A program made the position numbers and the translations under genes. DNA of 64,000 nt, from positions 403,353 through 467,352 of the forward strand of contig CAWFJJ010000029.1 of NCBI GenBank assembly GCA_963816185.1, read 5' to 3'. This DNA is from Thermoanaerobaculia bacterium. GTDB lineage: Bacteria > Acidobacteriota > Thermoanaerobaculia > UBA5066. This document shows, in pieces, positions 21,075 to 31,118 of the stretch. Positions within the stretch are counted from its first letter, which is position 1. Each line of letters opens with the position of its first letter. The notes beneath the pieces are model-generated. The model did no database searches, was not told where the DNA came from, and saw only the letters and a program-made list of their open reading frames with translations.

Positions 21075-21140
21075 CCGCGAACGCATGGCGTTCGCGGTTA
21101 ACACGAACCCCGCGACGACCTCGCGGGGTTCTTCGCATTT
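21075..21140 (+). terminator. two GC-rich hairpins downstream of the tRNA
   Basis: ccgcgaacgc-atg-gcgttcgcgg and gaaccccgcga-cgacc-tcgcggggttc. Confidence 0.55.
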
Positions 21141-21328
21141 GGGCGCCATAAAAAGGAAGAAATGATTCTCCGTTGGATCCGATGGTGGAGCGAGCTCTGA
21201 GAACGCTGTGACCTGCTCGAACTCGGTCCGCGTCAGTGACCGCGAGCCGCTCTCTCGGGCGATTCTTGTCGAGAGCGGCAGAGACTGGTTAACGGCGAGC
21301 TGATTGCCGGGGTCCGGGGAGGCGAGTA

Positions 21329-21550
21329 AATAACCCACCTCAGGGGGGTCAGTTTCGAGCGCGTACGGGCTGGAGGCGACCTCGACGAATCCATCAGTGA
21401 ATTGGCGAAGTGACTGATTAATAGACACTTAGTCCAGTCGCTCGAGCCAGTGCCGGAGTCCCGTTCTCGCGCCAACGCTGCGGTTCATAAATACCCAGGG
21501 TTATTTACTCGCCTCTCCCGAATCGCCGCGACGTGGCCCAACGTCGCGCG
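21329..21550. repeat. left copy of ~220-bp block-conserved inverted repeat
   Basis: 21329-21358 matches the reverse complement of 34440-34469 at 29/30. 21493-21550 matches the reverse complement of 34246-34303 (17/18 and 21/22 sub-blocks). Block spacing is 164 vs 166 bp. Confidence 0.85.
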
Positions 21551-21745
21551 AGAAAAGCGCGCCGCTGGCCGCAGTGGCGGCCCTTCGGGCCAATCCGATC
21601 TGGCCGCAGCGGCCCTCTGGTTTACCTTGCCTTGTTCACCAGAGAGAGCGTCCATGTCCGTCGATAGCGGCGCCTTAAGGCCGCGGAAAAGGAGGGAAAG
21701 CGTGAATAGAGCGTCGAACGCGGTACGAAACGCGACGACGCCGCC

Positions 21746-22254
21746 GTGGTGCGCACTGCGGCCGAACTCGCGGCCCTCGCCGAGATGACGGGCGCCGAGA
21801 TGGCGGAGAAATACCTCGTTCTGTTCGGGCAACCGGCCCGCTCCCGGAACAAGGACTTCCTCAGGAAGCGCCTCGCCTGGCGCATCCAGGAACTGGCCGA
21901 AGGAGGTCTTTCGGAGCGGGCCCTCGCCCGCATCGAAGAGCTCGGGGCGGACGCTCTCACTGCAAGGCGGCGTCCGGCACGACCGCGAACGTCTTCCCCG
22001 ACATCGCCGCCAGTCCACGGGATGCCGCGCGTGACCCGCGACTCCCGCCCGCCGGGACCGTAGTCCGGCGCGTCCACGGCACGACCGAGCACAGCGTGAC
22101 CATCCTCGACGACGGCTTCGAGTACGACGGTGAGCGGTACCGCTCCCTCTCGAAGATCGCCCGCGTCATCACCGGCACCCCCTGGAACGGCTATCTCTTC
22201 TTCTTCGGGCGGGCGAACGGCACGAAGTCCCGGGCTGGAGCGCAGGGACGATGA
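21746..22254 (+). pseudogene. DUF2924 domain protein, frameshifted
   Basis: [17 protein letters not shown] in one frame; PGTVVRR...[30 protein letters not shown] in another. Confidence 0.8.
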
Positions 22255-23590
22255 AGAGCCGGCGGAAACCCGCGCCGGAAGTCGCTCCCGAGACCCGCCG
22301 CTGCGCCATCTACACCCGGAAGTCGACCTCGGTCGGCCTCGAGCAGGATTTCAACTCCCTCGACGCCCAGAGGGAGGCCTGCGCCGCGTACATCAAGAAG
22401 CAGCCCGGCTGGAGCCTCGTCGACGACCGCTATGACGACGGCGGCTTCACCGGCGCGAACATCGAGCGTCCTGCCTTCCAGAGGCTCCTGGCCGACATCG
22501 ACGCCAGGAAGATCGACGTCGTGGTCGTCTACAAGGTCGACCGCCTCAGCCGGTCGCTCCTCGACTTCGCGAAGCTGATGGAGCGGTTCAGCCGGGCCGG
22601 AGCCTCCTTCGTCTCCGTCACCCAGAACTTCTCCACCGCCGACGCTATGGGGCGGCTGACCCTGAACATGCTCATGTCCTTCGCCGAGTTCGAGAGGGAG
22701 ATGATCGGCGAGAGGACGCGCGACAAGATCGCAGCGGCCCGCCGGAAGGGAAAGTGGACAGGCGGCCCGGTCCCCCTCGGCTACACGGTCAAGGAAAAGC
22801 GACTTGTCGTAAACGAGGCCGAGGCGGTCCTCGTGCGCGAGATCTTCGCCCTCTACCTCGAGCAGCGGTCGGCTCTAGCGGTCGCCCGGCTCCTGAACGA
22901 ACGCCGTCATCCGTCGACAGCAGACGTGGGCGCGGACGGCAAGCCCCGCGGAGCCCACCCCTGGACGAACGCCGACGTGCTGCGACTGTCATCAAGGACG
23001 CCCATCTACGCGGGCTACATGCAGGAGTCACGGCGAGCTGTACGACGGAGAGCACGAGGCCATCGTCGAACGCGAGACGTTTGCGCGAGCACGAGCTCTC
23101 CTGGACGGGGCGTCACGGAAAATGAACGATCCGTCCCGCAACCCGGACTACATCCTGCGGGGGCTACTCCGCTGTGCATGCTGCGGCTCGGCTTTCACGC
23201 CTGCCTCGACCCGAAAGGGGACGGAACGAATACCGCTACTACCGCTGCATCAGGAGGGACAAGGAAGGCAGGGAGGCGTGCCCCTCGTCGCCTCTCCCGG
23301 CCGACGCCATCGAGGCATACGTGATCGAGCGGCTCAGGGAGTTTGCGGCGGAAGGAACCATGCCGATGCCGCCGAGATCGAGACCTCGTGGGTCGCACGC
23401 TGCCTCGCCGACTTCGATTCCATCTGGGACGTCCTGACGCCTGCAGAACCGGGGCCGGCTGGTACGCGCTGTCGTCGAAGCAGTCGAGGTCGACGAGCCA
23501 GCGAACCGGGTCAGGGTCCTCATAGTCGAGCCCAGCGACGGGCCTCGGCACGCTCCCGACCGAGGGCCATGCGAGGTGCTCGCGTGAGTA
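22251..23590 (+). pseudogene. large serine recombinase (resolvase, recombinase and zinc ribbon domains), frameshifted
   Basis: [42 protein letters not shown]...[13 protein letters not shown] and YRYYRC lie in shifted frames. End approximate. Confidence 0.85.
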
Positions 23591-23970
23591 CGCGGGGCGC
23601 GAGAGTCATAGACGGCGAGCTTCATCGGGTCCGGCACGGACGGCGGAAGCGATTCGTTGCCATCGCGTCGCCAGGGCCCTCTGCATCGCCCGGCCCGCGT
23701 CGCCGTCACACTCGCCCTCGCCCACAAGATCCGGCAGGGGATCGAGAGCGGAGAGATTCGGGATCAGGCGGAGGCCGCGAAGAATTCTCGGCCTAACTCG
23801 GGCGCGGCTCTCCCAGATCCTCGACCTTACGAATCTCGCGCCGGACCTTCAGGAAGAGATCCTCTTCCTCGAAGCGATCGACGGACGCGAGCCCATGAGT
23901 GAGCGGGCGCTGAGAGGAGTGGTTGGTGTCGACGGCGTGGGCCGAGCAGCGGCTGCGGAGAACGAAATAA
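23584..23970 (+). pseudogene. small HTH-like protein typical of DUF2924/recombinase modules, frameshifted
   Basis: Fragments RVAVTLALAH..IESGE, LTRARLSQILDLTNLAPDLQEEIL across frames. Confidence 0.55.
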
Positions 23971-24114
23971 GGCTCCATACGAATAAGCCGCAAGGGCAAC
24001 TAGGCCTAGCTTGCAAAGGCGGCTACATGCCAGTGAGCCCACTCGCGGCCGATCATCTGCCACGAGCTGGATCGGCATTGGTTCTCCGGTTACCTGCTAA
24101 ACTCTGACCTTGCC

Positions 24115-25416
24115 ATGACGATTGGTGTGGGCACGACAATCACACACGGCACCGACCGATACGAGGTGACGCGGACGCTGGGCTCCGGCGGCTTTGGAAG
24201 TACATTTGTTGCGGTACGTCGGTCCCCAGATAGAACACCCGTTGACGTTGTAATAAAGGTCCCGGCTCCGCACGTATTGACTGATCCAATCTGGGCGCAG
24301 AAATTTGCTCGTGAGGCGAGGATTCTCGCCAACGTTCATCATCCGAACGTCGTCAGGATTATCGCGTACTGGGAGTTTGCGAAATCAGGCGAGAAGGCTC
24401 TCGTCCAGGAACTCGTCTTGGGTGCTAAGGAACTTCCAGACTATATTGCGGGACATCCCGATTCAACCGGCTCGCTCTTGCTGCAGACACTCTACGCGAT
24501 GCACGCATTTCACAGCGCGGCATCGCCTGCCGCCGTTCACAGGGACCTTTCGCCGAGGAATATCTTGGTTTCAGATTCAGGTGTCATCAAGGTCATCGAT
24601 TTTGGCCTCGCCAAGGAGGATCCTCGTGCGACTCAGACGCTAACACTGACCGGCGACTCGTTCGGAACTCCGGGCTGCATGTCGCCTGAGCAAGTAGCTG
24701 ACGCCGGCTCCGTTGATCACCGAACGGATCTCTTCGCCGTAGGGCGATCCTTCGCGGCCGCCTTACAGCGCCGGCACCCTCAGGTTGCGCGGCCAGACAA
24801 GCTGGCGGAACCATGGAAGACCCTGTGCATGAAGCTTGCGGAGGACGATCGGGACGACCGCCCAGCGAATGCTGAGGCGGCCACCTCTGAGGTCTTTCGT
24901 GAGATGTTGCGATTCGGTGCAAAGCTCGAGCATCTGGCAATGCACGCAGTTGAAATGAGCAAGCGTGTCGTCCTGGCGGGATGGCCCGAGTTGTGCGAGC
25001 GGGAACTATTGGCGATGGGCGATTTCGATCAGGCGGCAGTTCGTCTCATGGAGAGTCTGAGCCCTGGCGTGTTTGCGCCATCCTTCGACGCGCCTAAGCT
25101 CTTTGACCTGTTAGAGAAATCCTCCGCTGTCGCGAATGTTAGCTCCGGCAGCGCCGATTTCGAGGACGCTGATCCGCTTGGTGTCGTGTACGCGCGCCTC
25201 TATCGGTATTTGGATCCGGCTCGCAAGATGGCCTGCTTCGCACGGGTATGCAAGGCGGCTGTGCTAATGCACAGGTACTCAGTCATGCAGGATGTGAGGG
25301 TAATCTACGGAGCAGAGTCTAATCCGGCGATTCAGGCCCAACTTGTGAGCGTCCTAAATACCGAGGATCCGCGCCGAGCTATTGAAGGGCGGGGCGTGTT
25401 GCCTAGAACGCCGTAG
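24115..25416 (+). CDS. soluble Ser/Thr protein kinase with unknown helical C-terminal domain
   Basis: GSGGFGST, VVIK, HRDLSPRN, DFG, GTPGCMSPEQ; no TM segment; visibly lower GC than the flanks. Confidence 0.88.
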   Translation: MTIGVGTTITHGTDRYEVTRTLGSGGFGSTFVAVRRSPDRTPVDVVIKVPAPHVLTDPIWAQKFAREARILANVHHPNVVRIIAYWEFAKSGEKALVQELVLGAKELPDYIAGHPDSTGSLLLQTLYAMHAFHSAASPAAVHRDLSPRNILVSDSGVIKVIDFGLAKEDPRATQTLTLTGDSFGTPGCMSPEQVADAGSVDHRTDLFAVGRSFAAALQRRHPQVARPDKLAEPWKTLCMKLAEDDRDDRPANAEAATSEVFREMLRFGAKLEHLAMHAVEMSKRVVLAGWPELCERELLAMGDFDQAAVRLMESLSPGVFAPSFDAPKLFDLLEKSSAVANVSSGSADFEDADPLGVVYARLYRYLDPARKMACFARVCKAAVLMHRYSVMQDVRVIYGAESNPAIQAQLVSVLNTEDPRRAIEGRGVLPRTP

Positions 25417-25832
25417 TGCCGTCGTCCGCGGCGGCCGCCCTCAGAATCCGGGTGACCTTCGATTCGCACCGGCGCTCTTCGCTCTTCGGCGTCGACGGTG
25501 TCGAGTGCCCGGAGAGTCACTTCATTACCCTCGGTCCCGGGCTTGACCTCTGGAGCTGGCGCACTAGGTGTTGCGGCGACGTGTGGGGCTGCAACGGGAA
25601 GTGCGGCGGGTGTTGGCTCTACTCTGAAGCACCCGACGCTGCTAAAAGGCCCTCCATCGCCTAGACAGCCCGGCCGATCTACGTGCAGAAGGTGGAAGTT
25701 CTCAGATTCCCAGGGATGTGCGCGTCACCTTCAACGTCAATAACTTGTTTGATCCGTCACTCTTTCGTGCCGATAACGCGTGTATCGTCAGCGAGTTACA
25801 AGTTATGCGATCGGACGTGGTACGAGCAGTCA

Positions 25833-25900
25833 TTGACAGAAGGATCTAAAAGGACTTAAATTCGTCCTTGTCAGTCCTTGTTAAGGACGAACGAAGGAGT
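25833..25900 (+). promoter_or_regulatory. sigma70 promoter with overlapping AAGGAC/GTCCTT operator-like boxes
   Basis: TTGACA (25833)-17 nt-TTAAAT; AAGGAC at 25850 and 25883; GTCCTT at 25864 and 25874; AAGGAG Shine-Dalgarno. Confidence 0.6.
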
Positions 25901-25908
25901 CATCCGTT

Positions 25909-26913
25909 ATGAGCATGCCCGTCACGGAACCCTGCCCCTGGTGCGGTAGCGAGATTTCTCACGACCGGTTCCTGGAGATCCAGCAGCGCATTCGCGCCGA
26001 GGAACAGGCGCGCGTGAAAGTGATGGAGGCCGACTTCAAAAAGCGAGAGGTACTCGTTCGACAGCAGGCCGAGGCCGAGGTCAACAAGAAGGTCCTCCTC
26101 GCGAAGGAACAGACGGAGCAGCAGTGGAAGAAGCTCGTCGCCGACCAGCGTGCCTCGCTCGAGAAAGAGCGCGATGGCCTGCTACTCAAGAGCCAGGCCG
26201 ACCACGCGCGGGTGAATGCGGCGCTCCAGAAGAAGATCCTCGAGCTTCAGCGGCAGGTCGAGCGCAAGACGGCCAACGACATCGGCGACGGCGCTGAGAT
26301 CGACGTGTACGAGGCGCTGCGCGACGTGTTCCCGGGCGACAAGATCACGCGGGTCGAGAAGGGCCAGCCCGGAGGGGACATCCTCCACGAGGTCCTCTAC
26401 AAGGGCGCGTCCTGCGGAAAGATTCTCATCGACGCCAAGATGCGCCAGCAGTGGAAGTACGAGTTCGTGAACAAACTGCGCGCCGACCAGACCGAAGCCG
26501 GGGCCGAGCACGCGATCCTCGCGACGACCGCGTTCCCGGAGGGTAAGAAGGAACTCGCCATCGAGTCCGACGTCATCCTCGTCAGCCCGGCGAGGACTGT
26601 GCACATCGTCAGCCTCCTCCGGAAGGCGATGGTCCAGACCCACGTGAGCGGCCTAAGCGTCAAAGAACGCGCCACGAAGATGAGCAAGCTCTACGAGTTC
26701 ATCACGAGCCCAACCTACGCGCAGCGCGTTCGGGAAGCCGAGAAACTCACGGACGACATCCTGGAGCTTGACGTGCAGGAGAAGAAGGCTCACGACAACG
26801 TCTGGAAAAAGCGGGGCACCTATACCATCCGGCTTAACGCCGTCCTTCGCGAGGTCGACACGGACGTCGCGAGCATCATCGAGTCGCGCGAACCTGCCAT
26901 CTCGGCGGCCTAG
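25909..26913 (+). CDS. DUF2130-like coiled-coil protein with putative nuclease domain
   Basis: CPWC at the N-terminus, coiled coil, then G...E..LRDVFPGDKI..V.KG..GGD, GKILIDAK, KLRADQ..A.A. Confidence 0.75.
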   Translation: MSMPVTEPCPWCGSEISHDRFLEIQQRIRAEEQARVKVMEADFKKREVLVRQQAEAEVNKKVLLAKEQTEQQWKKLVADQRASLEKERDGLLLKSQADHARVNAALQKKILELQRQVERKTANDIGDGAEIDVYEALRDVFPGDKITRVEKGQPGGDILHEVLYKGASCGKILIDAKMRQQWKYEFVNKLRADQTEAGAEHAILATTAFPEGKKELAIESDVILVSPARTVHIVSLLRKAMVQTHVSGLSVKERATKMSKLYEFITSPTYAQRVREAEKLTDDILELDVQEKKAHDNVWKKRGTYTIRLNAVLREVDTDVASIIESREPAISAA

Positions 26914-26917
26914 TCCG

Positions 26918-27859
26918 ATGAGCGCCGTCCCCGACAACGTCGTCCGTCACTGGCAGGAACGCCGCCTGGGCAGAACCATCCTCCGGACCTACCGGGACAC
27001 CGTCGACATTGACGAGTGCGTCCCGAACCTCAAGCAGCCACGCATGGGGCCAAAGGAGGACCCGGAGCTCCAGCGCCAGATCGAAGCGAACGAGGGCATC
27101 TTCGAGCCGCTCCTCCTCGAGCCACACCCGGAACTGCCCGGGAAATACCGAATCATCGATGGCGACCGGCGTTGGACGAACAGCAAGGTCCTCGTCGACA
27201 CCCAGAAGAAGAATCTCTACCGCCCGCTCCCCGCGGAAATCACGGACCACACCCTCACGGACGAAGAGCGATTCAGGGTCTGGATCTACATCCACCGCCA
27301 GCGAAGGGAATGGGAGTCTAAAGAAAAGGAAATGGTCGCCTACAGCCTCGTCACGATGGTCGGGCGAGCGAGCGCCGCCAACATCCTCGGCATAACCGTG
27401 CGCGACCTCGACAAACTCGTCGACATCTACGAGCTGAGCGACAAGCTTACGACCCTTCCCGAGCCGGGCGCCAGCATCACGTGGGCGCGTGAGATCAAGA
27501 ACCTCAACCGGAAGCTCCTTAACCCGACGACGCTCGACACCATCGTCCAGCGGATCAATGACAACGAGATCACGAACAGCAAGGACATCCGGAAGCTCCG
27601 AAAGATCCTCAAGGACCCCGTCGCCCGCGACCACTTCCTGAAACCGGACGGCAGTATCGAGACCGCCCTCGAACAACTCGCGCCCGCGCCGTCAAAGAAG
27701 GCTGGAGGCCTCGTCGGCGACCTCCAGGAGCTGGGCGAGACTCTCAAGCGCTATCCCTGGACGACCCTGGCCGCCAGCAGAGGAGACGCGGAGCTACTCC
27801 GGACCCTCGAACAGACCGAGAAGCTCCTTAAAGACCTAAAGAAGGCTCTCGGACGTTGA
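26918..27859 (+). CDS. ParB/Srx N-terminal domain protein
   Basis: PN..QPR, GIFEPLL, YRIIDGDRRW; follows DUF2130 by 4 nt. Confidence 0.8.
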   Translation: MSAVPDNVVRHWQERRLGRTILRTYRDTVDIDECVPNLKQPRMGPKEDPELQRQIEANEGIFEPLLLEPHPELPGKYRIIDGDRRWTNSKVLVDTQKKNLYRPLPAEITDHTLTDEERFRVWIYIHRQRREWESKEKEMVAYSLVTMVGRASAANILGITVRDLDKLVDIYELSDKLTTLPEPGASITWAREIKNLNRKLLNPTTLDTIVQRINDNEITNSKDIRKLRKILKDPVARDHFLKPDGSIETALEQLAPAPSKKAGGLVGDLQELGETLKRYPWTTLAASRGDAELLRTLEQTEKLLKDLKKALGR

Positions 27860-27937
27860 AATGGCCGGCGAAGTGCTCGATGACGCGGCCCTCGTCAACA
27901 GCTTAAAGAGGCGGCTTCTCACGAGCGAGGTGACATC

Positions 27938-29240
27938 GTGAGAATCCGCGACCGCGTCGTCGAGCTCCGCCGCATCCCGGCGGGCTCGCTCCTCCCGAAC
28001 CCGAAGAACTGGCGACGGCATCCGAAGGCGCAGGCCGACGCCCTTCGCGGCCTGCTCTCCGAAATCGGTTACGCCGATGCCCTCCTGGCTCGCGAAACGC
28101 CCGAGGGCTTGATGATCATCGACGGACACCTCCGTGCCGAGACGACACCAGACACCGTCGTGCCGGTCCTCGTGCTTGACGTCACGGAGGCCGAGGCCGA
28201 CAAGCTCCTCCTGAGCCTCGACCCGCTCGCGGCGATGGCCGAAGGGGACACCGATGCCCTTCGCGCCCTCCTCGAGCAGGTCGAAACCGACAGCGACGCC
28301 GTCCAGAAGATGCTCGACGGCCTCGCCAAGGAGTACGGCGCGCAGCCTGGCCCGAAGCCTCTCGACGACCCCGGTCCGAGGTTCGACGAGGCTGAGGAGC
28401 TCAGGAAGAAGTGGGGCGTCGAGCTCGGGCAGCTCTGGGTGCTCGGCGAGCACCGGCTTCTCTGCGGCGACTCCACGAACCCCGCCGACGTCAGCGAGGC
28501 TCATGAACGGCGCGCGTGCCGTCCTCTTCGCGACCGACCCGCCGTACCTCGTCGGGTACGACGGGACGAATCACCCCGGAACCAAGGCAAGCGAGAAGCG
28601 CTTCTCGCTCAACACCGACTGGTCGGGCACCTACGGACAGGCGTGGGACGAGGCGGACGCGGCGCAGAACTCCGACCTCTACGACCGCTTCATCAAGGTT
28701 GCAGTCGAGGTCGCGATTCTCCCCAACGCCGCCTGGTACTGCTGGCATGCCTCGCGACGGCAGCGGATGGTCGAGGAGAGCTGGGAGAAGAACGGGGCAT
28801 TCGTCCACCAGCAGATCATCTGGAACAAGCCGAACAGGCCGATCCTCACGCGCTCCTGGTACCTGTGGGCGCACGAGCCCTGCTTCTTCGGCTGGCTGAA
28901 GGGAAAGAAGCCGCCGAAGGAGACCGTCGATTACGGGCGCACGGTCTGGGAGATCGACGCGGCCTCAATGACGATGAGCGTCCCGACCACCCGACCCCGA
29001 AGCCCCTCGACTGCTTCGCGATCCCCATGCGCCAGCACACGAAGGTCGGCGACGTCTGCTACGAGCCCTTCAGTGGCAGCGGGAGCCAGATCATCGCCGG
29101 GGAGCGCGAAGGCCGACGCGTTTACGCGATCGAGATCTCGCCCGCCTACGTGGCCGTGACCCTCGAGCGGTGGGCCGAGGCGACTGGCGGTAAGCCGCAA
29201 TCGAATCAGACGCCGGCGCGTACGGCGAAGGTGCGAGTGA
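27938..29240 (+). pseudogene. ParB-like domain plus N6/N4 DNA methyltransferase, frameshifted
   Basis: PNPKNWRRH, IIDGHLR, GEHRLLCGDST; TDPPY in a shifted frame; HPTPKP, EPFSGSGS, AIEISPAY. Confidence 0.85.
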
Positions 29241-29686
29241 TGGCCCGCCCCACACTTCTCACGCCCGAGCGCCATAAGGCGATCGTCGCAGCGATTCGGG
29301 CCGGAGCCTTCGACTGGATCGCCGCCGAGGCCAACGGCATCGACCGGCAGACTTTCAAGCTCTGGATGCGGAAGGGCATGCGGAAGAAGAGGGAGCCCTA
29401 TCTCTCTTTCGTCCACGACGTCCGTACCGCGCGCGCCCAGGCCCGTCTCTCCGCCGAGATCGAGGTCAGGAAGGAACAGCCGTTCAGCTGGCTGCGCTTC
29501 GGCCCGGCCGCGAGCGTGACGGGGAAGAAGGCTGGACGGAGTCGTCCGAGATCAAGCACTCCGGATCCGTTCGGCGTCATGTACTCGCAGGAGTGGACGA
29601 TCATCTCAGTCGCCATCGAAACGGCGCTCGAGAGCTACCCCGAAGCGAAGCTGGCCGTAGCAGAGGCCTTGAAGAGGCTCGCGTAG
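29240..29686 (+). CDS. putative terminase small subunit / HTH protein
   Basis: MARPTLLTPE..IVAAIRAG...AAEANGI...TF..W; TGATG coupling; sits immediately upstream of the TerL ATPase. Confidence 0.55.
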   Translation: MARPTLLTPERHKAIVAAIRAGAFDWIAAEANGIDRQTFKLWMRKGMRKKREPYLSFVHDVRTARAQARLSAEIEVRKEQPFSWLRFGPAASVTGKKAGRSRPRSSTPDPFGVMYSQEWTIISVAIETALESYPEAKLAVAEALKRLA

Positions 29687-30480
29687 TGCTAGCCCGGAAC
29701 CTTGAGCTCCGCCTCGACCCGGCCGCGATCATGGAGCGGGCCGGGATGCCGCCCGACCCGTGGCAGGTCCGGCTCCTGAGGTCGAGGAACGAGCGGACCC
29801 TTCTTCTGTGCTCGCGTCAGAGCGGCAAGAGCACGGTGACGGCCGCGATGGCGCTCCACGAGGTCCTCTTCCGGCCGAAGTCCCTCGTGCTTCTTCTGAG
29901 CCCGTCCCTCCGTCAGTCGCAGGAGCTGTTCCGGAAGGTCACCGACTTCAGGAACAGGCTCGGCGAGCCGATCGCGATCGCCGAGGAGTCGGCGCTTCGC
30001 GTCGAGCTTCAGAACGGCTCGCGCATCGTCGCCCTGCCCGGAACTGAGGAGACCGTCCGTGGCTTCTCGGGCGTCGGCTCCTCATCGTCGACGAGGCCGC
30101 GCGCGTGGACGACCCGCTCTACTTCTCGATCCGTCCGATGCTCGCCGTCTCGGGCGGCCGGATGGTGTGCCTCACGACGCCGTTCGGGAAGCGTGGGTTC
30201 TTCTACGAGGAGTGGACCGGCGACGGCCCGTGGGACCGCATCAAGGTCACGGCGAGGGAGTGCCCGAGGATCTCGGCGAAGTTCCTCGCGGAGGAGCGAG
30301 CCTCACTCGGCGAATGGTGGTACCAGCAGGAGTACGAGTGCTCGTTCTCGGACACGACGGACCAGTTCTTCCGGACCGTCGACGTCGAGCGGGCCTTCTC
30401 GGACGAGGTCACGCCGCTCTTCCCGGATGCGCCGCCGCTCGCAGCCGCTGTCCCTTCCCTCTGGCGACGTCTTCCTCGAC
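29686..30480 (+). pseudogene. terminase large subunit ATPase domain, frameshifted
   Basis: PDPWQ, CSRQSGKS (Walker A), SPSLRQSQE, NGSRI. IVDEAARV (Walker B), TTPFGKRGFFY and QEYECSF lie in the next frame. Confidence 0.8.
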
Positions 30481-30510
30481 GACATCGAGCCGCATCACGG
30501 AGTCCGAGCA

Positions 30511-31118
30511 GTGAGGTTCGTCGTCGGCGTCGACCTCGGCCAGACGGCGGACTACACGGCCATCACGATCCTCGAGGAGAGGGAGAAGAACTCCTACGAC
30601 GTCCGGTACCTCGAGCGTCTTAGAAACACGCCGTACCCGCTCGATCGTCAGGCGGCTCGACCACCTCGTGAAGAGGCTTCCCGAGAAGCCCTCGATGGCC
30701 GTGGACGCGACCGGTGTCGGCAGGCCCGTCATCGACATGATCCGGGACGCGAATCTCCCCGCGACCATCTACCCGATCACGCTGACCGGCGGGGATGCCG
30801 TCAGTCAGGGACGGGATGGAGCGGCACGTGCCGAAGAGGGACGTGGCGTCGACGATCGCCGTGCTCCTCCAGACCGGACGGCTCCGGATCGCCCGAGGCC
30901 TCAAGGAGTCCGAGACCCTTCTCCGCGAGCTCCTGAACTTCCGCGTGAAGATTTCCCTCTCCGGCCACGACACCTACGAGGCCTGGAGGGAGCAGGAGCA
31001 CGACGACCTCGTCCTTGCGGTCGGGCTCGCTGCGTGGCTCTTCGAGAAGGGACGGGACGGGTACCTCCTGTACATGGAGGAAGAGCTCAAGAGGTTCAGG
31101 GAAAAGAGGGCGGGTTGA
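30511..31118 (+). pseudogene. stand-alone terminase RNase H-like nuclease domain, copy 1, frameshifted
   Basis: FVVGVDLGQTADYTA, VDATGVGRPV, VPKRD, ELLNF, EHDDLVLAV. Confidence 0.75.

Noticed and set aside
25416-25664. Cys-rich 82-aa ORF as a RiPP precursor
   Set aside because: No recognisable leader, no clear Shine-Dalgarno and no adjacent modifying enzyme; cannot be supported.
27938-29686. 582-aa ORF as a methylase-TerS fusion
   Set aside because: The middle is out of frame (DPPY lies in another frame), and TGATG at 29238-29242 suggests two separate genes.
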